The notes under the pieces: model-generated | What the model was told of the DNA's origin: nothing | The model's input: only the letters and a program-made list of their open reading frames with translations | The model's database searches: none | Position numbers and translations under genes: made by a program | Assembly (NCBI GenBank): GCA_019309685.1 | Contig: JAFDFT010000002.1 | Location: 1 to 38,734, forward strand | Reading direction: 5' to 3' | DNA length: 38,734 nucleotides | Origin: Deltaproteobacteria bacterium | Lineage (GTDB): Bacteria > Desulfobacterota > Desulfobacteria > Desulfobacterales > JAABPS01 | Shown here: piece by piece, positions 17,917 through 26,706 of the stretch | How positions within the stretch are numbered: the first letter of the stretch is position 1 | How the letters are laid out: every line of letters starts with the position of its first letter

Positions 17917-19326
17917 ATGTCTGACACAGAAGTAAATAATAAAGGAAAGCAAAAAACCATGGGGCAGCCAGCAAACGTGACCGAGTTCGAAAGCTTAAAA
18001 ACGGACAATGGGAATACAGATACATCCGGTCATGAAAACAGGTATCAAAAGACCGTACTCGAAAACGGCATACGGGTCGTAACAGCAAGTATGCCGGGCG
18101 TAAGGTCGGTTTCAATGGGCGTATTAATCAATGCGGGTCCCAGGGATGAAAGCCCGGAAGAATGCGGTCTGGCACACCTGATAGAACATGCTATGTTCCA
18201 AAGCACGAGCAGTAAAAACGCGACGCAAATTGCCAGTATCATGGATACTGCGGGAGGACAGATGGGCGCTTTTACTGCCAGGGATTATACATGCTATACG
18301 GCTACGGTGCTGGACGATTACCGTACGTATGCACTGGAACTTTTAAGTGATCTTTTGCTTAATTCAATTTATCCGGAAGAGAACATGGAAAGAGAAAAAG
18401 GCGTGATCATGCGTGAGATAGATGCCTCGAATGATCTGCCTTCTAAGAAAGTACACTCGATCTTAAAGGAATCCATCTGGGCTGATCATGCCCTTGGACG
18501 TCCGATTTTTGGATGGCCTGAGACAGTTAAGCCGTTAACGCGTGAAGACGTCATTTATTTTGTACATAAACATTACCTGCCGAATCGGATGATCGTCTCT
18601 GCAGCCGGAAATCTTGAGCATAGTGATTTTGTGGCGCAAGTAAGAGATTTCTTCTGGAGCCTGATGGGTGAAAGCATTCCTACGGATAATGGTCCGCCAT
18701 CGTATACGGCTGGGGTTACCATTGAGCATGCATCTGTTTCCCAGGCTTATTTTTCGTTAGGTATTAGGGCTTTTCCGTATGCGCATCCGGACCGCTATGG
18801 TTTTCATTTGCTCAATGCCATACTCGGCGGCGGAATTAGCTCAAGGCTTTATCGGCGGATGCGCGAAGAAAGAGGGCTGGTGTATGAAATAAGTTCGCAA
18901 TATCATGCGTATGAAGATGACGGTGTGCTAGTTATTGAAGGGAGTACCAAGCCGGAATATCTCATGCAGGTTTTAGGGTTAACCCTTGTCGAATTGTGGA
19001 GGCTCATTACGTTAGACGAGCCTGCAGATGAAGAAGAGTTATGGAAGGCGAAAATGCAAATCAGAGGGCAGCACATCATCTCAGGCGAGATTACCAGTAC
19101 ACGAATGAGTCAGCTTGCGACACAGGAGCAGTATTTTGGAAGATATATTCCAGCAGAAGAAATTATAGGGGAAATAGATGCGGTGGATAACCGTATGCTC
19201 GAAAGGATGGCACGTGAGTCTTTAATCAAATTTTTAAAACAAACGGCAATCGCCATTGTCGGCCCGAAAGCCCCTGAATATTATAGCGTTTCATCTATTG
19301 AAGACTTATTAAAAAGTTTTCAATAA
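17917..19326 (+). CDS. M16-family zinc peptidase (pitrilysin/insulinase-like), paralog 1, inside the chemosensory block
   Basis: HxxEH zinc motif (GLAHLIEHAMFQ) with a downstream EREKGVIMREI Glu motif. It has two-lobe M16B length and a ~40-aa polar N-terminal extension absent from the paralog at 34697. Confidence 0.85.
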   Translation: MSDTEVNNKGKQKTMGQPANVTEFESLKTDNGNTDTSGHENRYQKTVLENGIRVVTASMPGVRSVSMGVLINAGPRDESPEECGLAHLIEHAMFQSTSSKNATQIASIMDTAGGQMGAFTARDYTCYTATVLDDYRTYALELLSDLLLNSIYPEENMEREKGVIMREIDASNDLPSKKVHSILKESIWADHALGRPIFGWPETVKPLTREDVIYFVHKHYLPNRMIVSAAGNLEHSDFVAQVRDFFWSLMGESIPTDNGPPSYTAGVTIEHASVSQAYFSLGIRAFPYAHPDRYGFHLLNAILGGGISSRLYRRMREERGLVYEISSQYHAYEDDGVLVIEGSTKPEYLMQVLGLTLVELWRLITLDEPADEEELWKAKMQIRGQHIISGEITSTRMSQLATQEQYFGRYIPAEEIIGEIDAVDNRMLERMARESLIKFLKQTAIAIVGPKAPEYYSVSSIEDLLKSFQ

Positions 19327-19357
19327 ATTTTTCAAAAAATAAGAAAAGGAGGATGTT

Positions 19358-19513
19358 ATGGCAGTAGACCCTGTAGTAAAGAAAAACTGGATAGAGATTC
19401 AAAGGCAGCACAATGTTCCAGTGAACGCAATCGGGGTAAAGATTGATCCCAAGGATGAAAAAACCCTGAACATCTGGAAAGAAGAAGGGATTGATGAGTT
19501 TGTGAAGAAGTAA
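19358..19513 (+). CDS. Small conserved protein (51 aa), tandem paralog 1, family not recognised
   Basis: AGGAGG (19347-19352) lies 5 nt before the ATG. Product: MAVDPVVKKNWIEIQRQHNVPVNAIGVKIDPKDEKTLNIWKEEGIDEFVKK. It is 36/51 identical to the next ORF, with 14 synonymous codon differences. It is below the ORF-track length cutoff. Confidence 0.75.
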   Translation: MAVDPVVKKNWIEIQRQHNVPVNAIGVKIDPKDEKTLNIWKEEGIDEFVKK

Positions 19514-19599
19514 GCCAACAATGATGGTTGCGTTGGCATGTCAAGGGAAAGAAGTTAAATTGTTAAGCGTAAGCAGTTACTTTAACTAGGAGGTAAGTC

Positions 19600-19755
19600 A
19601 TGGCAGTAGATCCTGCAGTAAAAAAGAACTGGATCGAAATCCAAAAGAAGTATGACGCGCCGGTAAACGCCATTGGGGTAAAGATTGCTTCCAAGGATGA
19701 AAAAACGCTGAAGGTATGGCGAGAGGAAGGAATTGTCCAGTTTTTGAAAGAATAA
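19600..19755 (+). CDS. Small conserved protein (51 aa), tandem paralog 2
   Basis: AGGAGG (19588-19593) lies 6 nt before the ATG. Product: MAVDPAVKKNWIEIQKKYDAPVNAIGVKIASKDEKTLKVWREEGIVQFLKE. Length and stop position are the same as paralog 1. Confidence 0.75.
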   Translation: MAVDPAVKKNWIEIQKKYDAPVNAIGVKIASKDEKTLKVWREEGIVQFLKE

Positions 19756-20043
19756 TCTTTCGTCGGTTCATACCTCGTTGCAACATGCTTGTATTCCAAT
19801 AAACTTTGGAATGCATAAAATCCCGGCATTTTGGGATGAAAACCGATAAATGCTTGGATTTGCATCAAATTAGTACCTGTCTGAAGTTTTTAGAATGGGT
19901 CAGATTTGATGGATGGTGGAGTATGCTCAAATTATGCCCAATCATTTTGTCCCTGAAATTAATTATTATTACAACATGTTGGACATGTTTTCAATATATT
20001 AGAATAAACATATAAGAAGTGAAATAACAAGGAGGTTAACGAT

Positions 20044-22551
20044 ATGAAACTAAAACTAGAATTCCTTAACAAGTTTCTTGACAAGCTTAAGGGATGGAAA
20101 CCCTCTCTAGCAATTTTTAGTAGTATTCGAAATAAATTGCTGGTTTCATTGATTGCGCTGGTTATGATCCCTTTAATTGCGAGTATTTTTCTGGGAACCA
20201 ACCTGTCAAGAAGTCTGTTAATGGAGAAATCATTTGATAACCTGGAGGCTGTAAGAACCATTAAATCGAATCAGGTTAGAGCATGGTTTAATGAACAACG
20301 ATCTGATGCACGAGTGCTCTCCGCAAGTCCGGTAGTTATAGAAGCTGCAGATGCATTCCATGAAGCTGTTAGCAAGCTGCAACCCAAAGAGACGACTCGA
20401 AAAGGCGGGCATGAAAAAGGACTCGAGCCGATTCAAAAGCTTTATAAAGGAAAATCAGTTGTAGACAGAGGTGATGGGAGTGACTACAGCAAGGCTCACG
20501 CAACTTGGCACCCTGTGTTTAGGCGGTTTGTTCGGGAAAACGGTTACAGTGACTTGTATTTAGTCGACCAGGACGGTGATGTTTTGTATTCTGTGGCAAA
20601 AGAGGACTTTTTTGGCGTCAACATTTTGTCCAGGAAATACAATTCAACCAATATATTTAAATTGTTTCTGGCATTAAGGGCAAAAGATGCAAAACAGGAT
20701 ACCACAATTATTTCAGACTTTGACTTTTTAGGGGATTCAAAAACGCCTTCAGCTTACATCGCATCGCCTATTACCTCAAGACCCACTGGCGGGAAAGTCA
20801 TCGGTGTACTGGTGTTGCGCGTTTCCAATGATAAAATTGCTACAGTTATGGGTGAGCGGTCAGGCTTGGGGCAAACGGGTGAAACATATCTGGTGGGCCA
20901 GGACAACCTGTTTAGATCTGAGTCACGATTTACGGGGGCGTTAAAGGTTGAATCAGCTGTTTTAAATCCAATTTCACCCGTTAATACGGAAGCAACGAAA
21001 AGCGCCCTGGAAGGTGCTACAGATACAAAGGTTATCAATGATTATCTTGGAAAACAGGTGTTGAGTTCCTGGGCTCCTCTGCTTATTCAGAAACCGACAA
21101 GTAATAATCCTGATGGTATTAAATGGGCCTTTGTATCCCAGATTGGCCTGGATGAAGTACAGGCGCCAATTGTTACGGCGCTTAAATTTGCGGCAGCCTT
21201 GTTTGTCATCATATCAATTATAGCGATTGTTATCGCTGTTGCGCTGTCTGGCGGTCTGACCGGGCAGGTCCGGCGGATTATGGATCTTTTCGGGGAAATC
21301 GGTCTTGGTAATTTCGAGGCGCGCGGGCAGGTTCTTAGTAGAGATGAGCTGGGTGTCATGACAAGTTCACTCAATACTTTGCTCGATAATATTCTGCCGC
21401 TTCTTCAAACACGTGAAGAACGCGATTCGATGCAGGAATCGGTTATGAGATTAATGGACGAAGTTAGTGGTTTGGCGGAAGGTGACTTGACCGTTCGCGC
21501 AGAGGTGTCAGCTGATATTACAGGAGCGATCGCGGACGGCTTTAACGCCATGGCGGAGCAGCTCAGTGTCGTTGTTCGGGATGTTAAGGAAGCGACATTG
21601 AAATTGAGCAATACAACATCTGAAGTTAGAGATAATGCGGAAAATATGGTTGAAAAAAGCGAGGAACAGGCTGTTAAGGTTTCAGACGCGATGGCGTCAG
21701 TAGGCGAATTGGTTTCATCTGCTCAATTGGTTGCGGATAATGCGACCCAGTCTGCGGCTGTCTCGAATCAATCTACTGAAAATGCGAGGGAAGGCGCGAA
21801 GGCGGTTGAGGATACCAATAAGGCGATGGAGTCCATACGGGATAATGTGCAGGAAACAGCGCGGGCAATTAAGCGTCTTGGGGAAAGCTCCCAGGAGATC
21901 GGAAACATCGTCCAAATCATCGACGATATCTCTGAGCGTACATCAATCCTTGCATTGAATGCTTCCATTCAGGCGGCAATGGCCGGTGACGCGGGAAGGG
22001 GCTTTGCTGTGGTTGCTGAAGAGGTTCAGCGTCTTGCCGAACGTTCAACAAGTTCCGCAAAGCAGATTGATACGCTTGTTAAAAATATCCAGGATGAAAT
22101 CAACGAAGCAGGAACAAGTATGGAAGAGAGTATCCAACGAGTTGTTGATGGGTCAAGGCTGGCCGGGGATGCTCACAAGAAACTCCAGGAAATTGAAAAT
22201 GTTGCGGAAAACCTTTCGGGACTGATTCAGTCAATTTCAAATGTTGCCGAGGAGCAGGCAGCGGTTTCTGAGAGCATCGCGACGGCCATGGGAGAAGTTG
22301 GTGAAATCAGTTCGGATACGGCCCAGGCAACACAGACAACTTCCTTTGCGATGAAAGAACTTACCAAAATATCTGATGAGTTGCGTGAGTCTGTTGAGAT
22401 ATTTAAGGTTGAGGAAGCGGATGCTGAAGTGGAGAAAGAGGAAGCTAAGATATCAGAAGAGAAGGACGTGGACGCAGCGGAATCAGGCGACATGGCTGAT
22501 GAAATTATCGAAGTGGATGCGGGTGTGGAAGAATATAAGCAGAGCGCTTAA
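20044..22551 (+). CDS. Methyl-accepting chemotaxis protein: TM - Cache3/Cache2-type periplasmic sensor - TM - HAMP - PilJ-like signalling domain
   Basis: SD AAGGAGG. TM1 is [19 protein letters not shown]. Cache-type motif ([40 protein letters not shown]...GETYLVG). TM2 is [18 protein letters not shown]. Hairpin tip is [38 protein letters not shown]. The tail is acidic and lacks an NWETF-type pentapeptide. Confidence 0.9.
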   Translation: MKLKLEFLNKFLDKLKGWKPSLAIFSSIRNKLLVSLIALVMIPLIASIFLGTNLSRSLLMEKSFDNLEAVRTIKSNQVRAWFNEQRSDARVLSASPVVIEAADAFHEAVSKLQPKETTRKGGHEKGLEPIQKLYKGKSVVDRGDGSDYSKAHATWHPVFRRFVRENGYSDLYLVDQDGDVLYSVAKEDFFGVNILSRKYNSTNIFKLFLALRAKDAKQDTTIISDFDFLGDSKTPSAYIASPITSRPTGGKVIGVLVLRVSNDKIATVMGERSGLGQTGETYLVGQDNLFRSESRFTGALKVESAVLNPISPVNTEATKSALEGATDTKVINDYLGKQVLSSWAPLLIQKPTSNNPDGIKWAFVSQIGLDEVQAPIVTALKFAAALFVIISIIAIVIAVALSGGLTGQVRRIMDLFGEIGLGNFEARGQVLSRDELGVMTSSLNTLLDNILPLLQTREERDSMQESVMRLMDEVSGLAEGDLTVRAEVSADITGAIADGFNAMAEQLSVVVRDVKEATLKLSNTTSEVRDNAENMVEKSEEQAVKVSDAMASVGELVSSAQLVADNATQSAAVSNQSTENAREGAKAVEDTNKAMESIRDNVQETARAIKRLGESSQEIGNIVQIIDDISERTSILALNASIQAAMAGDAGRGFAVVAEEVQRLAERSTSSAKQIDTLVKNIQDEINEAGTSMEESIQRVVDGSRLAGDAHKKLQEIENVAENLSGLIQSISNVAEEQAAVSESIATAMGEVGEISSDTAQATQTTSFAMKELTKISDELRESVEIFKVEEADAEVEKEEAKISEEKDVDAAESGDMADEIIEVDAGVEEYKQSA

Positions 22552-22612
22552 GCGCAAAAGTGTTTTGGGAATGTGTCAATCAGAAAAAACACCTAAGGAG
22601 GTAAATTAACCA

Positions 22613-23176
22613 ATGAAAAAATTAACGATTATATTGATGGCCTGTGCATTTTTAGCCGCGGGCTCCATGACAGCATATGGCGGGGAACAGGCTCCGGCCA
22701 AGGTGAAAAGCTTTGCGCATAACGTTCTGGCCAAGTTCGGTTCTGACTCAGTAATTGTTAACGCAGTTAAAGCCGAGAATGCCAAAAAAAAGACACTTGA
22801 GAAAGTCAAAGAAATAGACCAGAAATGGATCAACACCATTGGTACTGACGACTTTATCGACTCACTAATGAATTCAGCATGTTCTCAGCATCTTAATAAT
22901 ATCAAAAAGGAAAACGATTTTTATGAAGAGATATTTGTAGTGGACAATCTGGGTGCAAATGTAGCTCTGACAGATAAGACATCTGATTACTGGCAGGGAG
23001 ATGAGGCCAAGTTTACAAAGAGTTATAAAGAAGGGGCTGGAGATGTTTTTATCAGTGATGTCAGTTTCGATGACAGCACCCAATCCTATTTGACTCAAGT
23101 ATCGGTGCCGGTTATGGGTGAGGGCAAGGTAATAGGTGTCATAATCTTTGGAATTAATGTTGATAAGTTAAATTAG
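22613..23176 (+). CDS. Secreted/periplasmic single Cache (PDC-fold) domain protein
   Basis: Signal peptide MKKLTIILMACAFLAAGSMTAYG. Cache-like body (EEIFVVDNLGANVALTDKTSDYWQGDEAKF...YLTQVSVPVMGEGKVIGVIIFGINVDKL). SD AAGGAGG. Confidence 0.7.
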   Translation: MKKLTIILMACAFLAAGSMTAYGGEQAPAKVKSFAHNVLAKFGSDSVIVNAVKAENAKKKTLEKVKEIDQKWINTIGTDDFIDSLMNSACSQHLNNIKKENDFYEEIFVVDNLGANVALTDKTSDYWQGDEAKFTKSYKEGAGDVFISDVSFDDSTQSYLTQVSVPVMGEGKVIGVIIFGINVDKLN

Positions 23177-23292
23177 GATAGTTGGTAATGAGATTCGTTG
23201 AGTCACCGTTTTTGAATAAGATTTGAGTAAATCATTGGGCAAAAGTATATGGTGTTAAATGCTTCGGAAAAGGCTCAATAAAATCATCATGA

Positions 23293-23601
23293 ATGACTCA
23301 TAGATCTGTTTCAGCAAATGCTTTTATTGATCCGATCAGCGTGTTCAAGATAATACAGGATTTTTACCTTTTGAACAACAGAGGTGATGTTCTTGGAGCA
23401 TACTACACGGAGAACATAACGGAGACGTCACTGAATATGCGAGAAAATGTGCCCCATTTAACCGATTTTCATGCGGGTATGTGGGAAGGAATCGTCAGAA
23501 TGTATACGGACAAATATATCTTCAAAGGTGTTGAGGTGCTGAAAAGAAAAGAGGAGGGAGAACCTTATTCCGTATATCTTGTTAGCTATCAGAAAAGATA
23601 A
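23293..23601 (+). CDS. Hypothetical protein (possible V4R/DUF2378-like half-domain)
   Basis: 102-aa ORF with no clear SD. The C-terminal HAGMWEGIVRMYTDKYIFKGVEV...YSVYLVSY resembles the C-terminal half of V4R/DUF2378-type ligand-binding folds. This is a weak call. Confidence 0.35.
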   Translation: MTHRSVSANAFIDPISVFKIIQDFYLLNNRGDVLGAYYTENITETSLNMRENVPHLTDFHAGMWEGIVRMYTDKYIFKGVEVLKRKEEGEPYSVYLVSYQKR

Positions 23602-23613
23602 TATCAGATTATC

Positions 23614-24162
23614 GTGAGACATGTAAAAGGATCTATGTTCATAGAAATTGTAAAAGGAATTAAATCCGATAAAAGCGGCGCTTACGACAATTTGCTTACA
23701 GAAGAAGATAAAAACCTACTTTCCAAGACTATTCTCTTAGGAAGTTGGTATCCGTATGATGTTTATAAAAGATGCTTTAATGCCCTTGCACAAGTAATTG
23801 CAAAGGGCGACATGGAGATTTGTAAACAATGGGGTCATGCACAAGGTGAAGGAATGATAAAAAGCGTTTACAAATCCGTGTTAAAGGAAAAAAATTATAA
23901 AACCGCTATGGAAAAGTTCATATCATTGTTCAAGCTAATGTATGACTTTGGTGAACTCTCTGTAAGTTTTATTTCAGATAATGAAATGGAAGTCGCGTAT
24001 AAAGATTTTGACCCGGATTTCCAGGTTTCCTATATTGTCGCCCAAGGATGGGTGGAGAAAATCCTCGAAATATGCGGATGTAAAGATGTAAAATCGAAAT
24101 TTCTGGTAAAATCCTGGGAAGGAGCCGGAGCTACAGCGCTACATTTTTCGTGGACGTCATGA
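23614..24162 (+). CDS. DUF2378 (TIGR02265-like)/H-NOX-V4R-like protein
   Basis: 182 aa, N-terminal VKGSMFIEIVKGIK, mid SWYPYDVYKRCFNALAQVI, C-terminal ...GATALHFSW. The overall pattern recalls the Myxococcus TIGR02265 family. This is recalled from memory, not searched. Confidence 0.45.
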   Translation: MRHVKGSMFIEIVKGIKSDKSGAYDNLLTEEDKNLLSKTILLGSWYPYDVYKRCFNALAQVIAKGDMEICKQWGHAQGEGMIKSVYKSVLKEKNYKTAMEKFISLFKLMYDFGELSVSFISDNEMEVAYKDFDPDFQVSYIVAQGWVEKILEICGCKDVKSKFLVKSWEGAGATALHFSWTS

Positions 24163-24298
24163 TTTTCTATCCTTTTGTTACCGTATCATGATTATGTCTC
24201 CATGAGTTTCTCATCATGATGATATTCCTTTTAAATTCCAAATCCACTGTTTAATTATCACATCACAGCCTTTTCTTTATATAAAATACCGAAAATTA

Positions 24299-24327
24299 TT
24301 GACAAGCCTATAATTTTAGCATAATTA
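24299..24327 (+). promoter_or_regulatory. Sigma70-type promoter for tRNA-Gly
   Basis: TTGACA (24299-24304), a 17-nt spacer, then TAATTA (24322-24327), ~14 nt before the tRNA 5' end. Confidence 0.5.
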
Positions 24328-24340
24328 AGTGTGTCTCGAA

Positions 24341-24416
24341 GCGGGCATAGCTCAGCTGGTAGAGTACAAGCTTCCCAAGCTTGGTGTCGCGAGTTCGAAT
24401 CTCGTTGCCCGCTCCA
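24341..24416 (+). tRNA. tRNA-Gly (anticodon CCC), CCA encoded
   Basis: Folds by hand into a cloverleaf: acceptor GCGGGCA/TGCCCGC, D arm GCTC..GAGT, anticodon stem CAAGC/GCTTG with loop TTCCCAA, T arm GCGAG-TTCGAAT-CTCGT, then discriminator T + CCA. Confidence 0.9.
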
Positions 24417-24562
24417 AGAAAAGCCCGGTTTTTCGTTAAAAAAAGGGTGGTTAGGGTAGTTCGTTATGTATGCGTGGGGTGGAGATAATTTATTTCTATG
24501 GTTATTTGCATGAATTGATAATTTAAACCACTTGAAGTGAATCTATCCGAATAATGATGGGA

Positions 24563-24592
24563 AGCGGGCGACAGCCCGTTTTTTGTTTTTTT
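24563..24592 (+). terminator. Rho-independent terminator
   Basis: AGCGGGC-GACA-GCCCGTT stem followed by TTTTTTGTTTTTTT. It lies 150 nt downstream of the tRNA and 18 nt upstream of rimP. Confidence 0.7.
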
Positions 24593-24609
24593 AAGGGCGG
24601 TTTTGAGCA

Positions 24610-25137
24610 ATGGGTTATGAGAAGCGCAAAAGAGGCAAAGCATTTAATGCGGCGACCATCGAGCTTCAGGAAGATCAAAGAAAAAGCGATAAGGAAATCG
24701 CTTCTATCGCTTATGAGCTTATAGAGCCGTTGTGCGATGCAGAAGGAATTGAGCTGGTTCATATTGAATACCAGCGGGAAGCGGGTGGTCGAATACTCAG
24801 AATTTATATTGATAAGCCGGGAGGCGTGACACTGAATGATTGCACGGCTATAAGCCGCCAGGCCGGAGATATTTTAGATGTAGGTTTTGAAAATGATGAG
24901 CCTTATAACCTGGAAGTATCGTCGCCGGGTTTAGATCGGCCCCTGGTAAAGCTAAAGGATTTTGAAAGGTTTAAAGAAAAGCGGGTTAAAATAAGGACGG
25001 ATAAGCCGTTAAGTGGGCAAAAAAATTTTAAGGGGACTCTTTTGGGGGTATCCAATGAAGATGTATCTGTATCGATTGATAATAAAATAATGAATATTCC
25101 CTTTAAGGAGATAATAAAAGCGCGACTTGTCAGCTAA
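24610..25137 (+). CDS. rimP: Ribosome maturation factor RimP
   Basis: The LIEPLCDAEGIELVHIEYQREAGGRILRIYIDKPGGVTLNDC...LEVSSPGLDRPL pattern and the position directly upstream of nusA. The ~30-aa N-terminal extension makes the start uncertain. Confidence 0.85.
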   Translation: MGYEKRKRGKAFNAATIELQEDQRKSDKEIASIAYELIEPLCDAEGIELVHIEYQREAGGRILRIYIDKPGGVTLNDCTAISRQAGDILDVGFENDEPYNLEVSSPGLDRPLVKLKDFERFKEKRVKIRTDKPLSGQKNFKGTLLGVSNEDVSVSIDNKIMNIPFKEIIKARLVS

Positions 25138-25205
25138 CGCTGCAAGAAGGAAAAACAACATATTAACGTTAATAAGTATTATTCGATATATCACGGAGAA
25201 AACGG

Positions 25206-26618
25206 ATGTTAATGTCAGATATCAAACGTGTCGTTGAGCAGGTCAGTAAGGATAGAGGCATTGAGCGTGAAGTCCTTATCAAGGCACTTGAAGAGGCCCT
25301 AAAATCTGCTGCTCGCAAGAAGTTTGGGAGCAAAATAGATATTGAAATTCAATACAATGAAGAAACGGGCGAAATCGAAGTCTTCCAGTTCAAAGACGTT
25401 GCGGAAGAAGTTACTGAGCCAGACCTGGAGATCAGTCTTGAGGAAGGCCGAAAGCTGGACCCGGAGTGCGAAGTTGGTGATAGTTTAGGCACAAAGATGG
25501 ATACGACAACTTTCGGTCGAATAGCTGCGCAATCCGCTAAGCAGGTGATCATTCAAAAGATGAAAGATGCCGAGCGTGATGCGGTATTTTTAAATTTTAT
25601 TGAAAGAAAGGGCGAAGTTGTAAACGGAATTGTTCAGCGGGTTGATCGCGGAGATATTATCATCAATCTTGGGAGTACCGAAGGCGTTATTCATTATCGT
25701 GAATTGCTGCCGCGGGAGACGTATCGGCGTGGTGATCGTATCCGTGCATATATTGTCGATGTCCGTCATGAAACGCGTGGCCCCCAGGTTATTCTTTCAA
25801 GGACGCATCCGGATTTTCTAATAAATCTATTTAAAACTGAAGTGCCGGAAATTAGTGAAGGCATTGTGAAAATTCTTGGAGCATCCCGTGAACCGGGTAT
25901 TCGCTCAAAAATTGCTGTATCGTCCGATGACACGGATATTGATCCTGTCGGGGCTTGTGTCGGGATGAAAGGAAGCCGGGTTCAAAATGTTGTACAGGAG
26001 CTTCGGGGTGAAAAAATTGATATTATTTCCTGGCATATAGATCCCGCAAAGTTTGTATGCAACGCTTTGGCGCCGGCTGAAATATCCAGAGTCGTTATTG
26101 ATGAAGAAAATCAGGCAATGGAAGTGATTGTGCCGGATGAATTTCTATCCATTGCCATAGGCAAACGCGGGCAGAATGTAAGGCTGGCTTCTAAATTAAC
26201 CGGGTGGCATTTGGATGTGAAAAGCGATGAGCAATATACAGAGGCCATGAAAAGCGGCTATGAGTCCTTGTTAAATTTGCCGGGTGTTGGGAAAAGCATG
26301 GCCGATGCACTGTATGAAAAGGGTTTTTTCTCGGTTGAAGAGATCAGCACTGCTTCAGTAGAAGACCTGCTTCAAGTCAAAGGTGTCGGTGAAGGAACTG
26401 CTGAAAAATTGATTGAGATGGCTACTGATATCACCTCAAGCAATGACGGTCGCGCAAGCGAAGACAGTGTCGATAAAACCGACCAAGGTGATGATGAAGA
26501 TCCGATAGGTCAAAATAGTGAGGTGGAAGGATCCGAACAGGAACATTTAAACGAAGAACGTCTGAATGAATCAGATTCCGGTGAAAAAGATTCCTCGTCA
26601 GAGGGTTCTGAAGAATAA
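25206..26618 (+). CDS. nusA: Transcription termination/antitermination factor NusA (acidic C-terminal tail)
   Basis: S1 domain, two KH domains (VGACVGMKGSRVQNVVQEL, AIGKRGQNVRLASKLTGW) and a HhH region. Confidence 0.95.
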   Translation: MLMSDIKRVVEQVSKDRGIEREVLIKALEEALKSAARKKFGSKIDIEIQYNEETGEIEVFQFKDVAEEVTEPDLEISLEEGRKLDPECEVGDSLGTKMDTTTFGRIAAQSAKQVIIQKMKDAERDAVFLNFIERKGEVVNGIVQRVDRGDIIINLGSTEGVIHYRELLPRETYRRGDRIRAYIVDVRHETRGPQVILSRTHPDFLINLFKTEVPEISEGIVKILGASREPGIRSKIAVSSDDTDIDPVGACVGMKGSRVQNVVQELRGEKIDIISWHIDPAKFVCNALAPAEISRVVIDEENQAMEVIVPDEFLSIAIGKRGQNVRLASKLTGWHLDVKSDEQYTEAMKSGYESLLNLPGVGKSMADALYEKGFFSVEEISTASVEDLLQVKGVGEGTAEKLIEMATDITSSNDGRASEDSVDKTDQGDDEDPIGQNSEVEGSEQEHLNEERLNESDSGEKDSSSEGSEE

Positions 26619-26706
26619 AAATATAGCGATACATATTCTATAAAAAAAGAACGCCGGGCAAATAATAACCTTGAAAGGTTTTCAATAAGCGGACTTAGGA
26701 GGATGG

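Noticed and set aside
19358-19755. Idea that the 51-aa proteins are NHLP/Nif11-type RiPP leader peptides
   Set aside because: There is only a vague resemblance (a Trp near the N-terminus, a V-K-I..E.TL stretch). The spacing differs, and there is no GG cleavage motif, no core peptide and no modifying enzyme nearby. I keep it only as a remote hypothesis.
19356-19868. Minus-strand track ORFs (62, 101 and 72 aa) covering the small-gene region
   Set aside because: They have no SD, and their lengths and starts are unequal. Their translations diverge far more than the + frame, because the + frame synonymous sites fall on their second codon positions. They are mirror images of the tandem + strand 51-aa genes.
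21731-22609. Three + strand alternative-frame ORFs (75, 88 and 77 aa) and several minus-strand ORFs inside the MCP gene
   Set aside because: They are embedded in the MCP signalling-domain coding frame, which has unmistakable conserved motifs. Their Arg/Lys-rich translations are typical out-of-frame readings of Ala/Glu-rich coiled-coil DNA.
8891-24416. Accessory block as a tRNA-Gly-targeted integrated island or prophage
   Set aside because: No integrase, transposase or phage genes are present. The block lies 5' of the tRNA rather than 3' of it. I saw no direct repeat of the tRNA 3' end bounding it.
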